Origin: Actinomycetes bacterium
Lineage (GTDB): Bacteria; Actinomycetota; Actinomycetes; JACCUZ01
Length of the DNA: 64,000 bases
Assembly: GCA_038246575.1 (NCBI GenBank)
Contig: JBBRVU010000002.1
Span: 4,613-68,612 of the forward strand
Direction of reading: 5' to 3'
Part shown: positions 1 through 8,998 of the stretch, piece by piece
Layout of the letters: the number at the start of each line of letters is the position of its first letter
Position numbering within the stretch: the stretch's first letter is position 1
Notes under the pieces: generated by a model
Databases searched by the model: none
Told to the model about the DNA's origin: nothing
What the model saw: only the letters and a program-made list of their open reading frames with translations
Position numbers and translations under genes: made by a program

Positions 1-240
1 CGGCGGCTGGTGGAGGCGCACCCCGAGCAGGTGCTGTTCGGCACCGACGGCTATCCCCTGGGCGTCGAGGTCTACCGGTCGTACGCGCGGTTCCTGGAGA
101 CCGCGGACGAGAGCTTCCCGTACACGCCGGAGGAGGAGCGGCCGTCCATGGGCCGCTGGGACATCGCCGGGGCCGAGATCCCCGCCGCGCTCCTGCCCGC
201 CCTCTACGCAGGGAACGCCCGCCGGGTCCTCTGCCTCTGA
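1..240 (+). CDS. amidohydrolase-family protein, C-terminal fragment (5' end outside window)
   Basis: Frame is open from base 1 to the stop at 238-240. The C-terminal sequence LFGTDGYP...YAGNARRVL resembles the end of metal-dependent amidohydrolases. Confidence 0.55.
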   Translation, partial: RRLVEAHPEQVLFGTDGYPLGVEVYRSYARFLETADESFPYTPEEERPSMGRWDIAGAEIPAALLPALYAGNARRVLCL

Positions 241-289
241 CGGGGAACCGGAGCGGGCCGCCACGCAGGCGTGGTTCGCGCAGTGCGGG

Positions 290-1597
290 TCAGGCACGAA
301 CGCTCACCCGCAAGGAGGGCGGCAGCAGGTCGCCGTGCGCTGCGACCAGCTCGTCGCACAGGTCCCAGACGTCGTCGAGGCCGAGCGTCGCCGCCGTGTT
401 GGGGTCGAGCATCGCCGCGTGCCGCACCAGCCGCGGGTCGCCGTCGACGGCTGCCGCTGCGGTCAGGTCGACCACGTTGAGGAAGTTCCGGTTGAGGGCT
501 GCGCACTGCGGTGGCAGGGCCCCCACGTGCACCGGGTGCACACCCATCTCGTCCACCAGGCAGGGGACCTCGACCCCGAGGCCGGCCGGCAGGTTCGTGA
601 TCAGCCCGGTGTTGGCGACGTTGCCCTGGATCCGCCGGGGAAGCCCGGTCACCATGCTGTGCACCACCTGCGGCGCGTACTCGGTCGCGGTCTGCTCCAG
701 GGCCAGCGGCTCGCCGGCGGCCAGCAGCCGGCGGGTCTCCTCATAGGTCGCGACGTTCCCCTCGCTGATGCCGAGGTAGACGTCCGGCTCCAGTCTCAAC
801 CGCTCCACCTCCGCGTCGTGGCGGAGGTACCACGGGACGTACTCGCTGGAGTGCTCGCTGGTCTCGGTCGGGTAGTAGCCGAGCCGCCGGTACATGTCGA
901 CCCGAACCCGGCGCCGGAGCTCGGGGTCGGCGGCGATGCGCTCGTCCAGCAACGGGTACAGGCTCTGGCCGCTGCGCTCCCACCGCAGCAGCCACGCCTG
1001 GTGGTTCACCCCCGCCGAGAACCAGCTCGTCTCCTCGAGGGGAACGCCGATCACCTCGCCGAGCCCGACGACCGTCCAGTGCACGGAGTGGCAGAGCCCG
1101 ACCACCTTGAGTGCCGGAGCCACCCGGCTCAGGTAGGTGATGTTCATGCTCATCGGGTTGGTGTAGTTCAGCAGCCAGGCGTCCGGGCAGACGGCCAGCA
1201 TGTCGGCGGCGATGACGTCCAGCACCGGGAACGTGCGCAGGGCGCGGAAGACGCCGCCGATGCCGAGGGTGTCGGCGATGGTCTGGCGCACGCCGTGCCG
1301 GTTCGGGACGGCGAAGTCGGTACGGGTGGCTGCCAGTCCGCCGACCTGGATCATGTTGATCGCGAAGTCGGCGCCGTCGAGCGACTCGCGACGGTCGGCA
1401 TGCGCGCTGACCTTCAACGAGCCGCCCACCTGGCGGGTGACCTGCGCGGCGATGCCCTCGGCGGTCTCCAGCCGGTCGGGGTCGATGTCGTGCAGCCGGA
1501 CCTCGCAGCCGGCGAGCTCCTCGAAGCCCAGCAGGTCCGCGAGCAGGTCCCGGGTGAACTCCACACTGCCAGCGCCGAGGAAGGTGATGGCCGTCAT
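290..1597 (-). CDS. glycoside hydrolase family 4 enzyme (alpha-galactosidase/alpha-glucosidase-like, NAD+/Mn2+-dependent)
   Basis: Has the ITFLGAGSVEF dinucleotide-binding N-terminus and the NYTNPM, VGLCHS and ETSEHSSEYVPWY motifs typical of GH4. Start set at ATG 1597 (MTAITFLGAGS) rather than the ORF-track start at 1642. Confidence 0.85.
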   Translation of the reverse strand: MTAITFLGAGSVEFTRDLLADLLGFEELAGCEVRLHDIDPDRLETAEGIAAQVTRQVGGSLKVSAHADRRESLDGADFAINMIQVGGLAATRTDFAVPNRHGVRQTIADTLGIGGVFRALRTFPVLDVIAADMLAVCPDAWLLNYTNPMSMNITYLSRVAPALKVVGLCHSVHWTVVGLGEVIGVPLEETSWFSAGVNHQAWLLRWERSGQSLYPLLDERIAADPELRRRVRVDMYRRLGYYPTETSEHSSEYVPWYLRHDAEVERLRLEPDVYLGISEGNVATYEETRRLLAAGEPLALEQTATEYAPQVVHSMVTGLPRRIQGNVANTGLITNLPAGLGVEVPCLVDEMGVHPVHVGALPPQCAALNRNFLNVVDLTAAAAVDGDPRLVRHAAMLDPNTAATLGLDDVWDLCDELVAAHGDLLPPSLRVSVRA

Positions 1598-1760
1598 GGG
1601 CGCATCGCACCATGTCCCTGCGTTGCGCGCAAGAACAAGCACTGAGATTGTTCATCTATGCTCAAGAACGTCCTCGGTCGACGCCGTGCCCGGCTACCGT
1701 GACCCCCCGTCGGCCCTCACCAGCCGGCGCCTGACCGGCTCCGACCGGGGAGGAGGTGCG

Positions 1761-2543
1761 GTGCGCAGGACCGATCGGCTCAGCGCGATCCTGACCGCCC
1801 TGGACGCCGAGGGCAGCATCGACGTGACGGAGCTCGCCGGGCGGCTCAACGTGTCGGCGGCGACGTTGCGGCGTGACCTGGCGCTGCTTGAGGAGGAGCG
1901 GCTGCTGGCCCGCACCCACGGCGGTGCCACCACCTCCGGAGTGGCGTTCCCGGTGCCGGCCAGGAGCCGGGACGAGGGCCGGGACCGCAAGCGCGCGGTC
2001 GCCCGGGTGGCCGCCGAGCGGGTCCCCGGGGGGCCGCAGGTGGTGGCGCTGGCGTCCGGGGTGCTGACACCGGTGCTGGCCCGCGAGCTCGGTGACCGCG
2101 ACCGGCTGACGGTGGTGACCAACGCCCTGGACATCGCGGCGGACCTGACGATGCGGCCCCGCCTCAAGGTGGTCGTCATCGGAGGAGTCGCCCGGCCGAA
2201 GTCCTACGGCCTGGCCGGGCCGTGGGCCGAGGAGGTGCTGCGCGACCTGAGCATCGCGGTCGCGTTCCTGGAAGCGGGCGCGGTCACGGTCGACGGCGGC
2301 GTGATGACCGACGACGAGGTCGAGGCGCGGACGCTGCGCGCGATGTCCGGTCGGGCGGCCCGGACGGTCGTGCTCGCCGACGGCGCTCGCCTGGGCCACA
2401 TCCTGCTCGCGCACGTCGTCGGGCTCGACCGGGTCGACGAGATCGTGACGGACACGACCGCCGACCCGGCCCAGGTCGCCCTGCTGCGCGAGGCCGGCGC
2501 CACGGTCACCGTGGCGAGCGACGCCTCGGTGGAGCCGGACTGA
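1761..2543 (+). CDS. DeoR/GlpR-family transcriptional regulator
   Basis: N-terminal HTH (IDVTELAGRLNVSAATLRRDLALLEEERLLARTHGGA) followed by a DeoR-type C-terminal effector domain. GTG 1761 is preceded by GGAGGAGG. The upstream part of ORF 1200..2543 is antisense to the GH4 gene. Confidence 0.85.
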   Translation: MRRTDRLSAILTALDAEGSIDVTELAGRLNVSAATLRRDLALLEEERLLARTHGGATTSGVAFPVPARSRDEGRDRKRAVARVAAERVPGGPQVVALASGVLTPVLARELGDRDRLTVVTNALDIAADLTMRPRLKVVVIGGVARPKSYGLAGPWAEEVLRDLSIAVAFLEAGAVTVDGGVMTDDEVEARTLRAMSGRAARTVVLADGARLGHILLAHVVGLDRVDEIVTDTTADPAQVALLREAGATVTVASDASVEPD

Positions 2544-3303
2544 GCTCGGCCCCGGCGACCAGGGAGGCGGTGAGGTCGCGGACCTCGGTACCCAGCCTGG
2601 CCAGGCGCGACCGTGGCAGCCGCGAAGCCGGCGCGGTGACGCTCACGGCGCCCACCGGGGCCTGGCCGGCCAGCACCAGCGGCACGGCGACGCAGTGCAC
2701 CCCGGCCTCGTTCTCGCCCAGGTCGACGGCGTAGCCACGGGAGCGGGCGTGGGCGAGGCGCCGGGCCAGGATGTCGGCTGAGGTCACCGTGGCCGGGGTG
2801 CGGGCGGCCAACGGCCCGTGCCGTTGCACCCAGTCGTGCACGGCGGCGTCGTCGGGCAGCAGCGCCGACAGCAGGGCCTGCCCGACCCCTGTGCAGTAGG
2901 CAGGGTTCCGGCCGCCGATGGTCGAGCTCATCCGCACCGGGTGGGCGCCCTCCTGCTTGTCGACGTAGACGACGTCGGCGCCGGACAGCACCGCGAGGTG
3001 CACGGTCTCTCCGTACCGTGCCGCCAGCGCGCCCATCAGTGGTCCCGCGAGCACGCGCACGTCCAGACGCTCGTAGAAACCGAAGGCCGACTCCAAGGCG
3101 GCCGGGCCCAGCAGGTAGACGCCGTTGGGCTCGGGCTGGGAGGCGAACCCCCGGTGCCGCAGCGAGCTCAGCACCCGGTGCAGCGTGCTCTTCGGCATCC
3201 CGCTCGCGACGGCCAGCTCTTCCAGCGACCAGCCCTCACCGCGCTGCGCGAGCAGCCCGATGACCCGGAGAGCCCGGTCGATGCTCTCCACCGGTGCGTC
3301 CAC
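2506..3303 (-). CDS. IclR-family transcriptional regulator
   Basis: SIDRALRVIGLLA...LEELAVASGMPKSTLHRVLSSL winged HTH plus an IclR effector domain (GRNPAYCTGVGQALLS, AVDLGENEAGVHCVAVP). GTG start at 3303. Confidence 0.9.
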   Translation of the reverse strand: MDAPVESIDRALRVIGLLAQRGEGWSLEELAVASGMPKSTLHRVLSSLRHRGFASQPEPNGVYLLGPAALESAFGFYERLDVRVLAGPLMGALAARYGETVHLAVLSGADVVYVDKQEGAHPVRMSSTIGGRNPAYCTGVGQALLSALLPDDAAVHDWVQRHGPLAARTPATVTSADILARRLAHARSRGYAVDLGENEAGVHCVAVPLVLAGQAPVGAVSVTAPASRLPRSRLARLGTEVRDLTASLVAGAELSPAPPRRRSPR

Positions 3304-3413
3304 CGATCGTCACCCCATTCCGTCGGACGGAACGCTAGTCCATCCAGCGGATTGCTAGTAGCGTCCGGCCCCGGACGCCCGCCACGACGGGCGCCGCGAC
3401 AGGAGGCGGCTCG

Positions 3414-4349
3414 GTGCGTGCACTGGTGTTCACGGCCCCGGGCGAGGTCGAGCTGCGCGACCTCGACGAACCGGTGGCGGGTGACGGTGAGGTCGTGCTG
3501 GAGGTCGGTGGGGCCGGTATCTGCGGCAGTGAGCTGCACGGGTTCCGCAGCCTCGGCATGCGCAAGCCGCCGCTGGTGATGGGTCACGAGGTCGCGGGAA
3601 CCCTGCCGGACGGCCGCCGGGTGGTGGTGAACCCGCTGCTGAGCTGCGGCCGCTGCGACCTGTGCGGGCGGGGGCTGCCCCAGGTGTGCCGCGAGCGCGG
3701 GTTGCTGGGCGTGCACCGTCCGGGCGGCTTCGCCGAGCGGGTGGCCGTCCCGGAGTCCGCCTGCCACGAGCTGCCCGAGTCGGTCGGCTGGGACGCGGCG
3801 GCGATGATCGAGCCGCTGGCCAACGCGGTGCACGCCGTGGGGCTGGCGGGCGACGTGCGAGGCAGCCGGGTCGGCGTCGTCGGTGCCGGCGCGTTGGGGT
3901 TGCTGACCCTGGTGGTCGCACGGCTGGCCGGCGCTGCCCGGGTCGCCGTGGTGGACCCGTCGCCCGGCCGGCTCGCCATCGCCGAGCGGCTGGGCGCGGA
4001 CGAGGTCGGGGCCGAGCTGCTGGCCGAGCAGGACGTGGTCGTGGACGCCGTCGGGGTGCAGGCGACCAGGGCGGCGTCGCTCGCGAGGCTGCGTCCCGGG
4101 GGCACGGCGGTGTGGATCGGGCTGGCCCAGGCAGCGGTGGAGTTGGACGGGAACGAGGTGGTCCGCGGCGAGCGCAGGGTGGCCGGGTCCTTCGCCTACA
4201 CGCCCGCCGAGTTCGTGCGCGCCGTCGAGCTCTCGGCGGGCTGCGACCTGGGCTGGGCCACCGCTGTGCCGTTGGCGGACTCGCAACGAATCTTCATGGA
4301 GCTCGCCGAGGGGCGCTCGCAGATCGTCCGCGCGGTGATCCGGCCGTGA
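3414..4349 (+). CDS. zinc-dependent alcohol/polyol dehydrogenase (MDR superfamily)
   Basis: Catalytic-zinc motif GHEVAG, structural-zinc cluster CGRCDLCGRGLPQVC and NAD-binding motif VVGAGALG. AGGAGG lies 8 nt upstream of GTG 3414. Confidence 0.85.
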   Translation: MRALVFTAPGEVELRDLDEPVAGDGEVVLEVGGAGICGSELHGFRSLGMRKPPLVMGHEVAGTLPDGRRVVVNPLLSCGRCDLCGRGLPQVCRERGLLGVHRPGGFAERVAVPESACHELPESVGWDAAAMIEPLANAVHAVGLAGDVRGSRVGVVGAGALGLLTLVVARLAGAARVAVVDPSPGRLAIAERLGADEVGAELLAEQDVVVDAVGVQATRAASLARLRPGGTAVWIGLAQAAVELDGNEVVRGERRVAGSFAYTPAEFVRAVELSAGCDLGWATAVPLADSQRIFMELAEGRSQIVRAVIRP

Positions 4350-5104
4350 GAGGGCTCGACGACGCCGGCGTGCTCGTCACGGGCGGCAGCCGGGGCATCG
4401 GGCTGGCGGCCGTGCGGCGCTTCCTCGACGAGGGCGCGCGGGTGCACCTGTGCGGGCACGAGCCGGAGGTTGTGGCCGAGGCGGTCGCCGCGACGCCTGG
4501 CCTGGCCGGCAGCACGGTGTGTGACGTCAGCCGCGTGGACGACGTGGCCAGGCTCGTCGCCGATGCGGTGGCGTCGTTGGGCCGGATCGACGTGCTCGCC
4601 AACAACGCCGGCGTGTCGTGGCGGGAGCCGTTCCTCGACATCACCGTGGAGAGCTGGGACCGCATCCTCGAGGTGAACCTGCGCGGCATGTTCCTGGTCG
4701 GGCAGGCGGTCGCGCGGCACATGGCGGAGCAGGGAAGCGGCGTCGTGGTCAACATGGCGTCCACCAACGGCCTCGGCGCCGAGGCCGACTACGCGCACTA
4801 CAACGCCTCCAAAGGTGGAGTTGTCCAGCTGACGCGCACGATGGCCGTCGAGCTGGGCCGGTACGGCGTGCGGGTCAACGCCCTCTGCCCGGGCTACATC
4901 GACACTCCTCTCAACCGCGAGATCGTGGTTGCCATGGGTGACCCGTCCTTCGCCGCCGACTACGCGCGCGGCGCCATCCCGCTCGGCCGGGCGGGCACCG
5001 CCGACGAGGTCGCGGCGGCATATGCCTTCCTCGCCTCGGCCGACTCGGCGTTCGTGCACGGCGCCTGCCTGGTCGTCGACGGCGGCCAGACGGCGGTGAT
5101 GTAG
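4346..5104 (+). CDS. short-chain dehydrogenase/reductase (SDR)
   Basis: TGGSRGIG cofactor motif, NNAG, and the catalytic YNASK (YxxxK). The GTG start overlaps the ADH stop (GTGA). The long N-terminal extension of ORF 3662..5104 is an out-of-frame shadow of the ADH gene. Confidence 0.9.
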   Translation: MRGLDDAGVLVTGGSRGIGLAAVRRFLDEGARVHLCGHEPEVVAEAVAATPGLAGSTVCDVSRVDDVARLVADAVASLGRIDVLANNAGVSWREPFLDITVESWDRILEVNLRGMFLVGQAVARHMAEQGSGVVVNMASTNGLGAEADYAHYNASKGGVVQLTRTMAVELGRYGVRVNALCPGYIDTPLNREIVVAMGDPSFAADYARGAIPLGRAGTADEVAAAYAFLASADSAFVHGACLVVDGGQTAVM

Positions 5105-5109
5105 CGGTC

Positions 5110-6399
5110 ATGTCCACGGTCACCGTCCTCGGGTCGGGCAGCGTCGAGTTCGGCCGGAGCCTGGTCGCCGACCTGCTCGGCTCGGCCGTGCTCGGTGATC
5201 TGCGGCTGGTGCTGCACGACACCGACGCCGGTCGGCTCGACACGTCGGTGCGCCTGGCTCGGGCCGCGGCCGAGACCATAGGCTCCGGCGCCACCGTCGT
5301 CGCTGCCGCCGGCCTGGGTTCGGCTCTGGACGGCGCCGACTACGTGGTCAACCAGGTGAACGTGGGCGGGTTCGGGGCCACCCGGCTGGACTTCGAGGTA
5401 CCGCACCGGCACGGGGTGCGCCAGACGATCGGCGACACCCTCGGGATCGGGGGCATCTTCCGCGGCCTGCGCACCATCCCGGTCGTGCTCGGGTTCGCCG
5501 CGGAGATGCGTCGCCGCTGCCCGGACGCGTGGCTGCTCAACTACACCAACCCGATGACCATGGTGCCGTGGGCGGTCGCCGAGGCCGTTCCCGACGTGAA
5601 GGTCCTGGGCGTGTGCCACTCGGTCCGCGACACGCAGGTGCTGCTGGCCGACCTTCTCGGGATCCCCGAGCCGGAGGTCGCCTTCACCACGGCCGGCGTG
5701 AACCACCAGGCGTTCGTGCTGCACATGTCGCACCGTGGCGTCGACCTCTACCCGCGCCTGCGCGAGCTGGTCGCCGGGAGCCCCGGGCTGCAGCAGAAGG
5801 TCAAGTTCGAGATCTTCCGCCGGCTCGGCTACGTGCCGACCGAGTCCAGCGAGCACGGCGCCGAGTATGTGCCGTGGTTCCTGCCGCACGACGACGCGGT
5901 CGCCCGCCACGCGATCCCGGTGGGTGCGTACCTGGAGTGGTGCCAGGAAGGGTTGGACGAGTACGACGACGTACGCCGGCGGCTGGACGCGGGTGAGGAC
6001 GTCACCGTCGACCCGGGGCAGGAGCTCGCCACGACCGTGATCGAGGCGCTGGAGGGCGGACCGGCCCAGGTCGTGGCCGGCAACGTCCGAAACGTCGGGC
6101 TGATCGAGAACCTGCTCGAGGGTGCGTGCGTCGAGGTCCCGTGCCTGGTCGACCGCACCGGGGTGCACCCCATCCGCGTCGGCGCCCTGCCGCCGCAGCT
6201 GGCCGCGCTGAACCGGTCGTTCCTCAACGTCTCCGAGCTCGTGGTGCGCGCCGTCCTCGACGGCCGACGCGATCACGTCCACCAGGCCGCCATGCTGGAC
6301 CCGGCGACCGCGGCCGCACTGCCGCTGGACGCGATCGCCGCACTCGTCGAGGAGATGCTGACGGTGCATCGCCCGCTGCTGCCCGAGGCGCTGCGGTGA
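5110..6399 (+). CDS. glycoside hydrolase family 4 enzyme, second paralogue
   Basis: VTVLGSGSVEF, NYTNPM, GVCHS and ESSEHGAEYVPWF motifs. Collinear similarity to the 290..1597 product. Confidence 0.85.
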   Translation: MSTVTVLGSGSVEFGRSLVADLLGSAVLGDLRLVLHDTDAGRLDTSVRLARAAAETIGSGATVVAAAGLGSALDGADYVVNQVNVGGFGATRLDFEVPHRHGVRQTIGDTLGIGGIFRGLRTIPVVLGFAAEMRRRCPDAWLLNYTNPMTMVPWAVAEAVPDVKVLGVCHSVRDTQVLLADLLGIPEPEVAFTTAGVNHQAFVLHMSHRGVDLYPRLRELVAGSPGLQQKVKFEIFRRLGYVPTESSEHGAEYVPWFLPHDDAVARHAIPVGAYLEWCQEGLDEYDDVRRRLDAGEDVTVDPGQELATTVIEALEGGPAQVVAGNVRNVGLIENLLEGACVEVPCLVDRTGVHPIRVGALPPQLAALNRSFLNVSELVVRAVLDGRRDHVHQAAMLDPATAAALPLDAIAALVEEMLTVHRPLLPEALR

Positions 6400-7289
6400 C
6401 GACCACCGTGGTCCTCGACGAGGGTGACCTCCTACTGCGTGAGGCGGGACAGCTCTGCGAGGGACCCTTGTGGGACGAGCGTGACAACCGGCTGCTCTGG
6501 GTGGACGTCCCGGCCGGCGCGGTGCACGCCACCGACCTCGGGACCGGTGAGGACCGGGTGGTGCTGCGTGACAGCGGCCCGGTGGGCTGCGTGGCGCTTC
6601 GCGCCTCAGGCGGGCATCTGGTGGCCCGCCGCTCCGGGGTGGCCGGGGTCGAGCCCGGCTGGGGGCGGTGCAGCGACCTCGCGTCGCTCCCCGGACAGCA
6701 GCCGCGCACCCGCACCAACGACGGCGGGTGCGACCCGTGGGGCGGCTTCTGGGTCGGCACGCTCGCTACCGACGACCGCCCGGGGGCGGGGGGCCTGTGG
6801 CGCCTCGAGCCCGACGGCGCGGTGCGCCCGGCCCTGGACGGTGTCAGCGTCTCCAACGGGCTCGACTGGTCGCCGGACGGCTCGCAGATGTACTACGTCG
6901 ACAGCCCGACCGGCCGGATCGACCTGCTCGATCTCGACCCCGACGACCGCTCGGTGCGGAGCCGGTCGCCGCTGGTGTCGCTGGGGCTGCCCGGGGCGGT
7001 GCCGGACGGGCTGACCGTGGACGCCGAGGGCTTCCTCTGGGTCGCCGTCTGGGACGGCGCCCGGGTGCGCCGGTACGACCCTGCCGGACGACTGGACCGC
7101 GAGCTGCTGCTGCCGGTCGACCGGGTGACCTCGATCGCCTTCGGGGGCCCTGCCCTCGACGTCCTCGTCGTCACCACCGCGTGGGACGGCCTGTCACCGT
7201 CGGCCCGCGCGGCGCAGCCGCTGGCCGGATCGCTGTTCGTGCACGATCCCGGCGTCCGCGGTCGGCGGGCCGGCTCGTGGGCGGGGTGA
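6396..7289 (+). CDS. SMP-30/gluconolactonase/LRE-family lactonase
   Basis: EGPLWDERDNRLLWVDV, NDGGCDPWGGFWVGT, SNGLDWSPDG and PDGLTVDAEGFLWVA beta-propeller motifs. GTG 6396 overlaps the GH4 stop (GTGA). Confidence 0.85.
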   Translation: MTTTVVLDEGDLLLREAGQLCEGPLWDERDNRLLWVDVPAGAVHATDLGTGEDRVVLRDSGPVGCVALRASGGHLVARRSGVAGVEPGWGRCSDLASLPGQQPRTRTNDGGCDPWGGFWVGTLATDDRPGAGGLWRLEPDGAVRPALDGVSVSNGLDWSPDGSQMYYVDSPTGRIDLLDLDPDDRSVRSRSPLVSLGLPGAVPDGLTVDAEGFLWVAVWDGARVRRYDPAGRLDRELLLPVDRVTSIAFGGPALDVLVVTTAWDGLSPSARAAQPLAGSLFVHDPGVRGRRAGSWAG

Positions 7290-7295
7290 GCGGTG

Positions 7296-8546
7296 TCAGA
7301 AGATCGTGCGCAGGCCGCCCACCACGGTGCGGTCGTCGTCGACCAGCAGCAGCAGCGACCACTTGTCGAACGTCGTGCAGGGGTGCGAGACGCCCACGCC
7401 GACCAGGTCGCCGACAGCCAGGGGGTCGTCGGCAGGCACGGACAGCCAGGCGTGCTGGTCGCCCAGGGCGGTCACCGTCATGTCGCTGACGGCGCGCAGG
7501 TCACCGTCATGGGAGGCCCAGAGCGGCACCGGCAGCCCGAGGTCGAAGGACACGTCTCGGCGGCCGAGGTTGACCAGCGCGAGCGCGGGCTCCGGTCGCG
7601 AGAGCACGCGGCCCCACACCTCGATGGCCGCGGTGAACTCGTCGCGCTGCCAGCCCGGCTCGACGTCGGGCGAGACGTGCTCGTAGAAGCCGTCGTCGTG
7701 GGTCAGGTAGCAGCCGCTGCGCAGCACCACCCGCGCGCCGCGGGACCGGAGCGGCGCGAGCGTCTCGGCCACCTGGTCGAAGAAGACGCTGCCGCCGGCG
7801 GTCACCACCCGCTCGCCCGGTGCCATCAGCCCGGCGTCGTCCAGGGTGTCGAAGGTGTCGCGCAGGTCCGCCAGGTAGGCCGTGACCCGGGCGAGCGTCG
7901 CGGCCGAGCGGTCGTGGCCGATGGTGCCCTCGTAGCCGGCCACGCCCACCAGCGCGAGTCGGTCGGCGTCCTGCACCGCGCGCGCCACCGCCATCGCGGT
8001 GGCCGCGTCCCTGGTGCCGGTGCGCCCGTCGGCGTGGCCGACCTCGAGCAGCAGCTGCGCCACCCGGCTGCCACCGGACCGACCCATCGCGACCTGCGCC
8101 AGGCGCACACCCTCGACGGAGTCGACGTACCAGAGCACCTCGAGCCCGTCGTCGTCGTGCAGCCGGCCCGCCAGCCAGGCGAGTGCGCGCGCGTCGGTCA
8201 CCTCGTTGGCGACCAGCACGCGGCGGACGCCGAGGTGCAGGAGCACTTCGACCTGGCGGGGCACCGCGGCCGTCAGCGCCCAGGCGCCGGCCGCGAGCTG
8301 GCGGGTCACCAGCTCGGGGGACATGTGCGTCTTGACGTGCGGCGCGAGCGACACGTCGTGCTCGGCGCAGAAGCCCCGCATGACGTCGAGGTTGCGAGCC
8401 AGGGCTGCCTCGCGGACGACCGCCACCGGCGTGCCGGTGTCGCCGGCCAGCACGTTCCAGCCGGTCGCTGCGAGGTCCTCGACGCTGAGGGCGGCGCCCG
8501 GTGGCAGCCCTTTGGTGCGCCAGTCCAGCCAGGAACCGTCCGACAC
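7296..8546 (-). CDS. PLP-dependent amino-acid deaminase/aldolase (alanine-racemase-fold, D-serine-deaminase-like)
   Basis: HVKTHMSPE (putative PLP lysine region) in an alanine-racemase-like N-terminal barrel, with a C-terminal HPCTTFDKW motif seen in D-Ser dehydratase-like proteins. GTG start preceded by GGAGAGGAG. Confidence 0.65.
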   Translation of the reverse strand: MSDGSWLDWRTKGLPPGAALSVEDLAATGWNVLAGDTGTPVAVVREAALARNLDVMRGFCAEHDVSLAPHVKTHMSPELVTRQLAAGAWALTAAVPRQVEVLLHLGVRRVLVANEVTDARALAWLAGRLHDDDGLEVLWYVDSVEGVRLAQVAMGRSGGSRVAQLLLEVGHADGRTGTRDAATAMAVARAVQDADRLALVGVAGYEGTIGHDRSAATLARVTAYLADLRDTFDTLDDAGLMAPGERVVTAGGSVFFDQVAETLAPLRSRGARVVLRSGCYLTHDDGFYEHVSPDVEPGWQRDEFTAAIEVWGRVLSRPEPALALVNLGRRDVSFDLGLPVPLWASHDGDLRAVSDMTVTALGDQHAWLSVPADDPLAVGDLVGVGVSHPCTTFDKWSLLLLVDDDRTVVGGLRTIF

Positions 8547-8617
8547 GACCGAGCTCCTCTCCGGCGCGACCAGCGCGCGGTGAGCATAGCCACGCGACCA
8601 CCACGAAGGGACCGACC

Positions 8618-8998
8618 ATGAGCCGTGCCGAAGGGCGTACCGAGGCAGCGCCGCCGCCCGCTGGGCCCTACAGCCAGAGTGTCCGCATCGGCACCATCGT
8701 CGCGGCCGCCGGCCAGGCCGGCATCCGACCCGACGGGGAGGTCGTCAAGGGCGTCGGGCCGCAGACCCGGCAGGCGCTGGACAACATCGCTGCCGCGCTG
8801 GCGGCGTCGGGCTCGTCCATGGCTGACGTCGTGAGCATGCGGGTGTTCCTCACCGACCCGTCGCAGTTCGCCGAGATGAACGCGGCCTACGCCGACGCGT
8901 TCACCGCGCCCTACCCGGCCCGCACGACCGTCTACGTCGGGCTACCGGCCGGGCTGCTCGTCGAGATCGACGCGCTCGCGGTGGTGGCGTCGGCGTGA
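8618..8998 (+). CDS. ridA: RidA/YjgF-family reactive-intermediate deaminase
   Basis: APPPAGPYSQSV...GQAGI...QTRQALDNIAAAL...VVSMRVFL...PARTTV...EIDA is the classic RidA pattern. ATG at 8618. Confidence 0.85.
   Translation: MSRAEGRTEAAPPPAGPYSQSVRIGTIVAAAGQAGIRPDGEVVKGVGPQTRQALDNIAAALAASGSSMADVVSMRVFLTDPSQFAEMNAAYADAFTAPYPARTTVYVGLPAGLLVEIDALAVVASA

Noticed and set aside
335-1645. 436-aa plus-strand ORF fully overlapping the GH4 gene. The same kind of long shadow ORF occurs at 741..1655, 3168..4286, 4960..6369, 7293..8621, 7507..8619, 8932..10110, 10612..11844, 27994..29934, 37705..39942, 40818..43208 and 45007..46554.
   Set aside because: These are antisense or out-of-frame shadows of genes with clear family motifs. 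Their translations are Arg/Pro/Gly/Ala-rich low-complexity strings with no recognisable domains, as expected for stop-poor frames in ~70% GC DNA.
1200-1760. Long N-terminal extensions in the ORF track: 1200..2543, 3662..5104, 6126..7289, 8501..8998, 11571..12728, 12470..13648, 19912..21930, 23175..24275, 29409..30731, 32016..32840, 40302..42362, 43616..44623 and 44506..47109.
   Set aside because: The extensions overlap the preceding gene and lack family similarity. Internal ATG/GTG starts with RBS-like sequences or 4-nt stop/start overlaps give products that begin where homology begins.
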